Assembly (NCBI GenBank): GCA_963666835.2
Contig: CAXXGO010000001.1
Location: 1,184,001-1,248,000, forward strand
Direction: 5' to 3'
Source of the DNA: Phycisphaerae bacterium
Lineage (GTDB): Bacteria > Planctomycetota > Phycisphaerae > UBA1845
Length of the DNA stretch: 64,000 bases
This document shows, one piece after another, positions 1 to 9,214 of this stretch. The notes under the pieces are model-generated. The model made no database searches, was not told where the DNA came from, and saw only the letters and a program-made list of their open reading frames with translations. The number at the start of each line of letters is the position of its first letter. The first letter of the stretch is position 1. The translations under genes were made by a program, and so were the position numbers.

Positions 1-2799
1 GGCATACGTCGCAGCCGTTGGGCACGCCGTCCGCGTCATCGTCAATATTGTCGTCGAAGCCCGGGCAGAGGTCGCACGCATCGCCAACGCCGTCCGCATC
101 GGTATCATTCTGCAACGGATTCGAGTCGTCTGGGCAGTTATCGCAGGCATCGCCGTGGCCGTCGTCATCCCCGTCCTCCTGCCCCTGATTGGCCGTGAGA
201 GGACAGTTGTCATCGAGGTTCGCTGCGCCATCTCCGTCATAGTCGCCGAAGGGATCGTACTCATACGCGCCCATGTCCACGATGAACGGATAGTCCGGCA
301 GGTCGGGCGCGCCGGTGTCTGCTGTGTCTGGATCATCAATGAACCGCTGTGCCCCCTGCAAGTCGAGCGGAGTCCTCTCCGCGCTGTCGTCATCGTCGTC
401 GAGGTCAGCCGCATCCGCCGGAACGTCGCCGCTGCTACCTGAGTCGATACACGGGGATTCCCACGTTAGCCGCACATCCCCGTAGTCATCGTCGTCGGTT
501 GACCACGTTCCGTCCGGACCGGCGTCGGGGAGCCGGACGAAGATGGGGTCGTTCGAGATGTTACCCTGCGTCCCGGTTGGATCACCCACGCCGGAGTAAT
601 CGTATTCCGTGTTTCCGAATACGCAATCGTATTGTAGGAACGCCGTTCCCGGACCGTACTTGAAGATTCCTGACGAGTTAAATGCCACAATCGTGTTGAC
701 GATTACGGGCGACGCGTCGCGGAGGTAGATCCCCGCCCCTTCATCGGCAGTGTTTGACGCGATCGTGTTGTTTGCGAATACCGGACTGCTCTCTCGGCAG
801 TAGACGCCGCCTCCCTGGCCTCGGCAGCGGTTGCCCACGATCGAATTGTTGCAGACCGTCGCCGCCGAGCGGTACAGGTAGATCCCACCCCCGTAATCGT
901 TGACCCGGTTACCCGTGATTATGTTGCTACAGATCACGGGGGAGCCCCCACGACAACTGATACCGCAACCGTTGTTGTCCGCACCGTTTTGCGTGATCGT
1001 GTTATGTACGATCAGGGGTGAACCGTCCTGTACGAAAATACCTCCGCCATCATCACCGGCCCCGTTCTCCGTGATGACGTTGTTTGAGATCCGCGGAGCA
1101 GACCGGTAGCAGTAAATGCCCGCGCCGTCTCCTCCATAAGCTTCCCCGTTGCGGATGGTGAATCCATCGATCGTACACGGCTGAAGCCTCAGATTACTCG
1201 CTGTTACGACTTTGCCGTGGTGGCCGTCCAGGATTGTCTCGTTCGCAACGGGGATTACTCGCTGTTACGACTTTGCCGTGGTGGCCGTCCAGGATTGTCT
1301 CGTTCGCGCTGGGCCAGTAACGTTTCTGTGCCGTCGAATCCGCCAAACACATGGGCGTATCCCTTCAAGGCGATGCGCTCCATGTAAGTGCCGGCCTCAA
1401 CCCAGACCTCGCCCCCTTCTACCGACGCTGCCGTGGCCGCGTCGATTCCGGCCTGCACTGTAAGCTTGGCTTGGCTCCAGGAAGAACCGTCATTAAGGTC
1501 GCTGCCGCTCGTACTGACCCGCACGATACTGCCGGTAGTGTCCGGCCAGACCGTCCCGTCGGATTCATCTGCGCCTATGTCCACTACTCCGTCATGGATG
1601 CGCTTTTGTTTATCGCGGTCAGTCCAATCGGCCTGGACAATATCGTTGGTACCGGCGTTTACACAGGGCGAGTCCGCCTGAATATGAAGGTCGCCGAACG
1701 CGGCACCGGCAATCCGGGGGTCAGCAGAGAAGTTGCCATCGGTTCCTATCGGATCCAGCAGGCCGGAAACAGCGTACTCCGAGTTGGCATATAGGCAGTT
1801 GTGACGCAACGTTGTTGTGCCGACCCCCTCATGGAAGATGCCCGAGGAGTTGAAAGCGACGATCGTGTTGGCAATGAGCGGTGACGCCTCGTTGCAGCCG
1901 ATGCCGCCCCCGTCTTCGATAGCTTCATTTCGAGTAATGGTATTGTTCACCAGCGTCGGAGAAGACGAACTGCAGTAGATCCCGCCGCCATCTGTCGCTG
2001 CCTGGTTTCCCGTGATCACATTGGAGACGATGATCGCGTCCGACTGGTGACAGTAAATGCCCCCGCCGAAACCGGCCGACACGTTCCCGACAATCAGATT
2101 GGCCATGATGAGCGGTGCTGACCCGGACAGGCAAGCGATTCCGCCACCGTGCTCTCCGCCCCCGCTTCGATTCGACGTAATCGTGTTCCCCACGATGGTC
2201 GGAGACGACTCGAAGCAACAGATGGCGCCCCCGTAGTTGCCGCCACCGTTGTCGAAGAGCAGATTGTTCGTAATCACGGCGGAGGATTGGTAGCAGAAGA
2301 TCCCACCACCGTGGTCGCCTGCGTCGCTGTCTCGGATGATGTTGTTGGCTATCGTCGGCGACGAGTTGTAACAGTAGATACCGGCGCCGTTTCCTCCGTA
2401 AGCCTCCCCGTTGTGTATGGTGAACCCATCGATGCGTGTTGCGGGCGTTGCTCCTGCGGGAGAAGTCACGACTTTTCCGCGGTCGCCGTTCAGGACTGTT
2501 TCATACTGCGTCCAGTCCCGCTGGTCGCGCGCAGATTCCGTCCCGACGAAGCCGCCGTAGAGCGCAACACCGGTCTTGAGTGTAATTCGTTCGACGTAGA
2601 TACCCGCGGCGACCCATACTTCGTCTCCTTCGGACGCGCCATCGAGCCCGGCTTGCACCGTCTGCCTGGCCGTTGTCCATGACAAGCCGTCGCCGCCTGG
2701 GGATGCATTGTCATCAACGTACCAAATGGTCTGACCGTTAGCGATGCCGGCCAGCAGGCAGAATCCCCATACCGTCAAGTGCAGATTAAGACGGGCCAT
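1..2799 (-). pseudogene. Secreted protein with two parallel beta-helix (pectin lyase-like) modules and C-terminal thrombospondin type-3-like repeats; frameshifted at about 1253-1307, 3' end runs off the window
   Basis: ATG 2799 gives a signal peptide (MARLNLHLTVWGFCLLAGIANG) and GGGIYC..SSP.I.NN repeats. The frame stops at 1255, but another frame from 1252 to 1 is open and continues (PVANETILDGHHGKVVTA...IDGFTIRNG...DMGAYEY...DGDGAANLDDNCP...DGVGDACD). Confidence 0.8.
1192..1307. repeat. 55-bp exact direct repeat (1192-1246 and 1253-1307)
   Basis: GATTACTCGCTGTTACGACTTTGCCGTGGTGGCCGTCCAGGATTGTCTCGTTCGC occurs twice, separated by AACGGG. Confidence 0.95.
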
Positions 2800-3472
2800 C
2801 TTCCTACCCCTTCCGTTGGTTCCCGCAACCTGCCGTGCTGGGCGGATGCGAGTGGTTGCTGATCGATAGATTACCGCGGTGCGCCGGGGAGGATAGACGG
2901 ATTCGGCCCTCCTGACCGCCGCCCGTTTCGTCCCCGATATGACCGCCATCTTAACAGTTGGACGCCAGCAAGGCAAGGGGGGGTGGAATTTTCGGTGGCG
3001 ATCGATTGCGGCAGCCCCTGGCGACGTCCCGGGCGTTCGCACCGGCGCCGGATGCGGCGACTGGGTATCGGACTGGGGTCCGCCTGCCCGTAGCCTCGGT
3101 TGTTGAATCCTCCCATCCTGGCGAACTTGTAGCTTCGATGGAACGTGGCCGCGGCCCGGACGTTGTGCCGCCCTCGCGCGTGTCGTCTGGTCTGGCGACC
3201 CTGGTCAGCAGCGGCGATCAAGCGACGCGATGCCATCCGGGGCACGAATGGTCACTCGGCACGGTTCCCTCCAGGGGCCCGTGGGGAGCTGGGATCGAAT
3301 CACCTCAACGGGCCGGAGCCACGCCGGATCCGTTCCGCCTGCGGGGTACTATTCGTCCCACCCTCGCCGCGCCTGGACGGGCCACCAGCGCGCAGTCCTT
3401 GGGGAAAGCGTTGGGGCGTCTGCGCCCAAGCGACCGGTGAGCGGCGCACCGTGGCACGATGCGCGTCGTTGC

Positions 3473-4480
3473 GGCAGGTCTCGTAGCTCGACCGTGCCCT
3501 ACGAGGGATGCCAACTTGGTGTCATGGGTCAACTTGTTGACCGGTGGGGCGTGATGCGCTCTGTGGAGCGGACCCTATTCGCTCGCGAATACGCCGGTGT
3601 TACGTCCTGTAGCCCAGGGTTGCCGCGAAGCGGCTACCCTGGTATAGCGGTTACATCAAAGATCAACCCCGACTGGGTTACGGCGTTGTTCAACCCACTT
3701 CGGGGTTGATGCAGAAGGGGGCTCTGTGACCCAGGGTGGCACTGCGCGGCTGCGCCGCTCCGTTTACCCTGGGCTTTGCTGTGAAACGCCTTCGGCGTAA
3801 GTTCGGAAGATGCACGTGGTACAGACAACACGGTACGTCTCGTGCCTCGACCGTGCCCTACGAGGTTCTCTCGCGATGCGCGGACTCTGCGGCAGGTCTC
3901 GTGCCTCGACCTGCCCTACAGGAGTTGGGCCTTTGCGGCAAGTCTCGTGCCTCGACCGTGCCCTACGCATGATGCCAACTTGGTGGCATGAAGCAACTTG
4001 TTGACCTGTGACGTGACAGATTCGTGTCCCTAGTTGGCAAGACCATGCACCAAGCAGTGGGGCGGAGTCGAGCCCCTTGGGGCGACAGGTCCCGTAGCCC
4101 CACGGCGTAAGCCTGGGGAAACTGTGCGGCCGCTTCACGCCAAGCCCCTTGCGGGCGGCAGAGGACATCGAGGTTTGGATCAGGCACCGGTGATTCAACA
4201 TCATAAGGGGAGCACGTTGGCGACCGCCGGGACCTCTTCGACCATCGAAGTGCCGCCCCCCGGGGGGGGCTTGGGTTGACGTGCGACTCGATCCCGCGGC
4301 TCACGCCGCGGGCTGGGCAGAGCTGCCGCCCTGGGCTCGCGAACGACGCTGGTGGCACATATTCGTGCGACTCGGGCCATTGCGGCCTTGATGGCAGGTC
4401 TCGTGCCTCGACCGTGCCCTACGAGGTTTTCGGGCGATGCGCGGTCTCTACGGCAGGTCTCGTGCCTCGAGCTGCCGTGC
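3473..4480 (-). repeat. Cluster of GTAG-family REP-like palindromes (6 copies) interleaved with other hairpin repeats
   Basis: Minus-strand consensus GTAGGGCACGGTCGAGGNACGAGACCTGCC at 3473-3502, 3832-3861, 3891-3919, 3937-3966, 4393-4422, 4452-4480; GTAG foot plus imperfect GGCA(C)GGTC/GACCTGCC stem. Confidence 0.85.
3680..3799. repeat. About 120-bp multi-hairpin repeat, copy 1
   Basis: GTTGTTCAACCCACTTCGGGGTTG...ACCCAGGGTGGCACT..GCGGCTGCGCCGCT..GTTTACCCTGG...AACGCCTTCGGCGTA; close copy at 8989-9107. Confidence 0.85.
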
Positions 4481-4736
4481 AGGAGTTGAGCGTGTGGCAC
4501 GAATCGACAAGCTTGGGGGGCAAGGGTTGGCGCGCCGGGGGATTGGCCGCCCGGGCTCTGAGCGGCGACGGGGCGAGCGTGAGATTCGCGGTTTGAGCGT
4601 CGATCCGCGGGTCCTTTCGGTCGATCCTGACGATGGGGAAGCGAGTTTGCGAAAGCCCTCGCGGCTGAATAGACTCTGTGAATTCTCTATTGTCCCTCGT
4701 GTGGATGGCGCCAAGAAGAGGCGGTGGTAAGACTAA

Positions 4737-7700
4737 ATGGCCGGAACACAACAAACTGAGAGGCGGGGTCGTTACGACTTCACGGCTATCGAGGCCAAGT
4801 GGCAGCGGTATTGGGAGGAGCATCAGTCCTTCCGGACGCTCAACCCGGGTGATCCGGGAGCGGATACGAACAAACCGAAATTCTACGTCCTTGATATGTT
4901 CCCGTACCCCAGCGGAGCGGGGCTGCACGTCGGGCACCCCCTGGGCTACTGTGCGACAGATATTGTCTCGCGGTACAAAAGGATGCGTGGGTTTAATGTC
5001 CTGCACCCGATGGGGTTCGACTCGTTCGGGCTGCCGGCCGAGCAGTATGCGATCAAGACCGGCGTACACCCGGCCGTGACGACCGGGAAGAACGTCGACG
5101 TCTATCGCCGCCAGCTCAAGATGTTCGGGTTCAGCTACGATTGGGATCGCGAGGTCAAGACGTCAGACTCTTCGTACTACAAGTTCACGCAGTGGATGTT
5201 CGCTCGGATGTTCGAGAGCTGGTACGACGAGAAGTGGCGTTGGGTGGGCGCTGAGGGGGAGGACACCGTCGGGCGCGCCCGGCCGATCAGTACGCTGACC
5301 GCCGAGCTGGAGGCGGGGCGCTGGGGCGTGGATTCGTCCATGCAACCGGTGCGCGCCAAGGATGATCCCGATCGCAAGGAGTGGGCGGATCTGTCCCCGG
5401 AGCAACGCCGCCGGGTTATCAGCAATCAGCGCCTGGCTTTTGTGGACGAGGTGTCGGTGAATTGGTGCCCGGCGCTTGGCACTGTGCTGGCCAACGAAGA
5501 GGTCGACTCCGACGGGCGCAGCGCGATCGGCAAGCACCCGGTCTTTCGCCGTCCGCTGCACCAGTGGATGTTGCGGATCACCAAATATGCCGAGAGACTG
5601 CTGGATGACATCGAAGGAGTCGACTGGCCCGAGCCCATCAAGCTGATGCAGCGCAACTGGGTCGGCAAGAGCACCGGGGCGGAGGTCGTGTTCCCGCTGG
5701 CGGACAAGTGGTCCGTCCAGGGTGGCGCGTGGAAGTGCCTAGACGACGACACTAAGATCGAGGGCCCGTTGTCGTACACGAACTTCCCCCACGCGATTCG
5801 CGTTTACACCACCCGGCCCGACACGTTGTTCGGGGCGACGTATATGGTTCTGGCGCCGGAGCACGAACTGGTCGAGCAGATTACCGAGCCCGCGCAATAC
5901 GACGCCGTAAGTGAGTACGTCGCGGCGGCGCGGAATCGGTCCGATCTGGAGCGTACGGCCGATACCAAGGACAAGACCGGCGTGTTCACCGGGGCTTATG
6001 CGATCAACCCGGTTAACGGGCAGTCGATTCCGATCTGGGTAGCTGACTACGTTCTGATGGGCTACGGCACCGGGGCGATCATGGCCGTGCCGGGTCACGA
6101 CACTCGGGACTTCGAGTTTGCCAAGACCTTTGGCATACCGATCATCGCCGTGGTAATGCCGGGCGACGATTGGTTCGAAAGCGTGCTGACGGCCGCAGAC
6201 GTCCGCGGATGGCCTGAAGGAGAAGAGGACCGCGAGAAGATCCGGGCGGCGTTCCGTGAGGATCCGGGCACCCTGCCGGAGTCGTTTGTGGGCGATGGAA
6301 CCTCGATTAACTCGCCGGGCGGCGGCAAGGTGGAAGTGCCCGGCATCGCGTGCCCGCTCGATGGCCTGCCCACTGGCGAAGCGAAGGCGAGGATTACTGA
6401 CTGGTTGGCCGCCGGCGGCGTGGGGCGCGGGGCGGTCAACTATAGGTTGCGCGACTGGATCTTCAGCCGGCAGAAGTACTGGGGTGAGCCGTTCCCTATT
6501 CTGCACGGCGACGACGGTGAGATGATCGCCGTGCCGGACGATGAGCTGCCGGTCGAACTACCGTCGATGGAAGATTTCAAGCCGACTCCGCGGGATGAGG
6601 ACGACGTCGATTCCATGCCCGAGCCACCCCTGGGCCGGGCGAAGGAGTGGGTTACCTGTCAGCGCGACGGACGCACCTATCGGCACGATCTGAACACGAT
6701 GCCGCAGTGGGCGGGATCGTGTTGGTATTATCTGCGTTTCCTGGATCCGACCAACCCGGACAAGTTCTGCGATCCGGAGGCGGAGCGCTATTGGATGCCG
6801 GTGGATCTGTACGTGGGCGGGGCGGAGCATGCGGTTCTGCATCTGCTCTATGCCAGGTTCTGGCACAAGTTCCTGTACGATTTGGGCCACGTATCCACGC
6901 GCGAGCCGTTCAAGAAGCTATACAACCAGGGGATGATTCAGGGGTTCGCGTATCGAACGAAGAGCAGCGTGGTGGTCGGACCGGACGAAGTCGAGCAGCG
7001 CGGCGAAGACGACTACGTGCTCAAGTCGTCCGGTGAGCCGGTGACGCGGGTCATCGCCAAGATGAGCAAGTCTCTGCATAACGTGGTCAATCCGGACGAG
7101 ATCATTGCGCAGTACGGGGCGGATACTTTCAGGCTCTACGAAATGTATATGGGCCCGCTGGACGCGGCTAAGCCGTGGAACACGCGTGATGTTCCCGGGT
7201 TGTTCAAGCTCTGCCAGCGTATCTGGCGGTTGGTAGTCGACCCGGAAACCGGCGAGCTAAGCTCTGCACATACTGAAGATACGCCGGACGAGGCGACGTT
7301 GCGCGTTTTGCACAAGACGATCAAGCGGGTGGGTGAGGAGCTCGAACAGCTCAAGATCAACACGGCGATCGCGGCCATCTTCGACTTCGTCAACTTCATG
7401 ACGCCGCGGAAGAAGAGACCCCGAGCGGCGCTGGAGCCGTTCGTCTTGTTGTTGTCCCCGTTTGTGCCTCATTTGGCCGAAGAACTCTGGCAGCGTCTGG
7501 GGCACGAGGCGAGTGTCGGCGAGCAGACCTGGCCGGAGTATGACAAGAAGCTGGCTCGAGACGAGGAAGTCGAGGTTGCGGTCCAGGTTTGCGGGAAGAT
7601 CAAGGCTCGCGTGACGGTTTCGGCCGATGCTGACGAAGAGAGTTTGAAATCGGCGGCGCTGGCCGACGAGAGCGTAGCCAAAGCGATCGAGGGCAAGACG

Positions 7701-7754
7701 ATCCGCAAGGTGATTGTGGTCAAAGGCCGGCTGGTGAACATCGTGGCGACGTAA
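4737..7754 (+). CDS. leuS: Leucine--tRNA ligase
   Basis: MFPYPSGAGLHVGH (HIGH), KMSKS, YTTRPDTLFGA editing domain, YGTGAIMAVP, WIFSRQKYWG. Confidence 0.98.
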   Translation: MAGTQQTERRGRYDFTAIEAKWQRYWEEHQSFRTLNPGDPGADTNKPKFYVLDMFPYPSGAGLHVGHPLGYCATDIVSRYKRMRGFNVLHPMGFDSFGLPAEQYAIKTGVHPAVTTGKNVDVYRRQLKMFGFSYDWDREVKTSDSSYYKFTQWMFARMFESWYDEKWRWVGAEGEDTVGRARPISTLTAELEAGRWGVDSSMQPVRAKDDPDRKEWADLSPEQRRRVISNQRLAFVDEVSVNWCPALGTVLANEEVDSDGRSAIGKHPVFRRPLHQWMLRITKYAERLLDDIEGVDWPEPIKLMQRNWVGKSTGAEVVFPLADKWSVQGGAWKCLDDDTKIEGPLSYTNFPHAIRVYTTRPDTLFGATYMVLAPEHELVEQITEPAQYDAVSEYVAAARNRSDLERTADTKDKTGVFTGAYAINPVNGQSIPIWVADYVLMGYGTGAIMAVPGHDTRDFEFAKTFGIPIIAVVMPGDDWFESVLTAADVRGWPEGEEDREKIRAAFREDPGTLPESFVGDGTSINSPGGGKVEVPGIACPLDGLPTGEAKARITDWLAAGGVGRGAVNYRLRDWIFSRQKYWGEPFPILHGDDGEMIAVPDDELPVELPSMEDFKPTPRDEDDVDSMPEPPLGRAKEWVTCQRDGRTYRHDLNTMPQWAGSCWYYLRFLDPTNPDKFCDPEAERYWMPVDLYVGGAEHAVLHLLYARFWHKFLYDLGHVSTREPFKKLYNQGMIQGFAYRTKSSVVVGPDEVEQRGEDDYVLKSSGEPVTRVIAKMSKSLHNVVNPDEIIAQYGADTFRLYEMYMGPLDAAKPWNTRDVPGLFKLCQRIWRLVVDPETGELSSAHTEDTPDEATLRVLHKTIKRVGEELEQLKINTAIAAIFDFVNFMTPRKKRPRAALEPFVLLLSPFVPHLAEELWQRLGHEASVGEQTWPEYDKKLARDEEVEVAVQVCGKIKARVTVSADADEESLKSAALADESVAKAIEGKTIRKVIVVKGRLVNIVAT

Positions 7755-7758
7755 CGGC

Positions 7759-8325
7759 ATGCCTCTGGAGATTGAGATAAAACTTCAGGTGGATGCGCAC
7801 GAGCCGGTACGCGAGAAACTGGTTGCGCTCGGGGCGACGCGCGGTGATCGCGTCGTCGAGACCAACGAGATATTCGACCGGCCGGACGGGTCGTTGCGGG
7901 GGCAGGGGTGTGGTTTGCGCGTCCGGGCCCTGGCGCCTGAGGACGGGGGCTCGCGCCTTGCCACGTTGACCTTCAAAGGTCCGCGGCTGCCGGGCCCCAT
8001 GAAATCTCGCGAGGAGCTGGAGGTAGAGGTCAGCGATTCTGAAACCACCGCGGGCATGCTGGCCATGTTGGGATTCGTCCGGATCCTGCGTTACGAGAAA
8101 CGCCGCGAGAGTTGGCAATGGCGCGGCTGCTGCATAGAGCTGGACACGCCGCCGCACATCGGTCTGTTCATCGAGATTGAAGGCCCTAGCGAGGACGTGA
8201 TCCGCCAGGTTCAGGCGGAACTGGGCCTGGCAGAAGTGCCGCACGTCAAGCCGTCCTATGTCCGCATGCTGTCGGAGTACTGCAGCCGGAACGGGATCGT
8301 CGAACGCGATTTGGCGTTGTCCTGA
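7759..8325 (+). CDS. CYTH domain protein (class IV adenylate cyclase-like)
   Basis: N-terminal EIEIK motif, LRVR, LTFKGP..KSREELE, YEKRRE, FIEIEG. Confidence 0.88.
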   Translation: MPLEIEIKLQVDAHEPVREKLVALGATRGDRVVETNEIFDRPDGSLRGQGCGLRVRALAPEDGGSRLATLTFKGPRLPGPMKSREELEVEVSDSETTAGMLAMLGFVRILRYEKRRESWQWRGCCIELDTPPHIGLFIEIEGPSEDVIRQVQAELGLAEVPHVKPSYVRMLSEYCSRNGIVERDLALS

Positions 8326-8343
8326 CCGGCCGGAATATCCCTC

Positions 8344-8387
8344 AGGCCTGTGAAGTGTTTGACAGGCCTCGCCGTCGGTACCATAAT
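8344..8387 (+). promoter_or_regulatory. Sigma70-type promoter with an overlapping palindrome
   Basis: TTGACA (8359-8364), 17 bp, CATAAT (8382-8387); inverted repeat AGGCCTGTGAA-GTGT-TTGACAGGCCT at 8344-8369. Confidence 0.65.
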
Positions 8388-8445
8388 CGCGCCCGCCTAA
8401 CGGAGTGTTCGGCAACAGAAAGCAGACGGCAAGGAGAAGGAGCTC

Positions 8446-8874
8446 ATGGCCGGTAGAGCAGCTCTTACGCTTATCCTATTGGCGGGGTGCGGGTGGTGTT
8501 TGACGCTGGTGGCGCGCGCGGAAAACGCCCTTTCGAGTCAACCCGAGGCCGCGGCTGAGTCGACGGAGTCGGTGCGTCTGCTAATGCGCGAACAGGATCG
8601 GCATCGCCGGTTGATCGCGGAACTGGTTATGGATGACCGGGATCCCGACGGCATGAAGCGGATCGTCTTCGAGGCAGAACGCCTGGCCGAGGTTGCCGGT
8701 TCACTCGTCACGCGTGTGGACGGTTCCGGGCGGGAAGAACTGGTGCGCGACCTGGCGATCAGGGTGATGGCTGAGGTCCGCGGAAGCGTTGCGTCCGGCG
8801 GTTCCGTGTGTACTCGGGTCTTTTCCGAACGACTCGACACCGCCTGCCAAGCCTGTCACGATCTGCCCCGGTAA
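8446..8874 (+). CDS. Exported monoheme cytochrome c, cytochrome c'-like
   Basis: AGGAG SD, signal peptide, helical-looking body and single C-terminal CQACH. Confidence 0.65.
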   Translation: MAGRAALTLILLAGCGWCLTLVARAENALSSQPEAAAESTESVRLLMREQDRHRRLIAELVMDDRDPDGMKRIVFEAERLAEVAGSLVTRVDGSGREELVRDLAIRVMAEVRGSVASGGSVCTRVFSERLDTACQACHDLPR

Positions 8875-8899
8875 CCGTGCGCCGGCGCGCGAGGGCTGT

Positions 8900-9169
8900 G
8901 GCAGGTCTCGTTCCTCGACCGTGCCCTACGGCGCTTTGGGGGCTGGGCCGATTGCTTCGATTGAGGTTTGACGGGTTCTGCAAGGCGGACGGTGTTGTTC
9001 AACCCACTTCGGGGTTGGTGTGGGAGGGGGCGTCGTGACCCAGGGTGGCACTCCGCGGCTGCGCCGCTTCGTTTACCCTGGCTTTGTTGTTGAACGCCTT
9101 CGGTGTACATTCAGAATGGTCGCGTTGCGCAAAGACCACGGCAGGTCTCGTTCCTCGACCGTGCCCTAC
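8900..9169. repeat. Composite REP cluster between convergent genes
   Basis: GTAG-REP copies at 8900-8929 and 9140-9169 flank the about 120-bp repeat copy 2 (8989-9107). Confidence 0.85.
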
Positions 9170-9214
9170 CTGCTTCTCGTCGAACGCATCGAGATTGTAC
9201 TCCCCGAAGAGCCG

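Noticed and set aside
2871..4730. Many overlapping ORFs upstream of leuS
   Set aside because: They are translations of REP and hairpin repeats (recurring GRSRASTVPY), with no SD or domain signal.
7759..8325. CYTH protein as a defence-signalling cyclase for the SLATT-like gene
   Set aside because: It is 52 kb away, is coupled to housekeeping leuS, and most CYTH proteins are triphosphatases.
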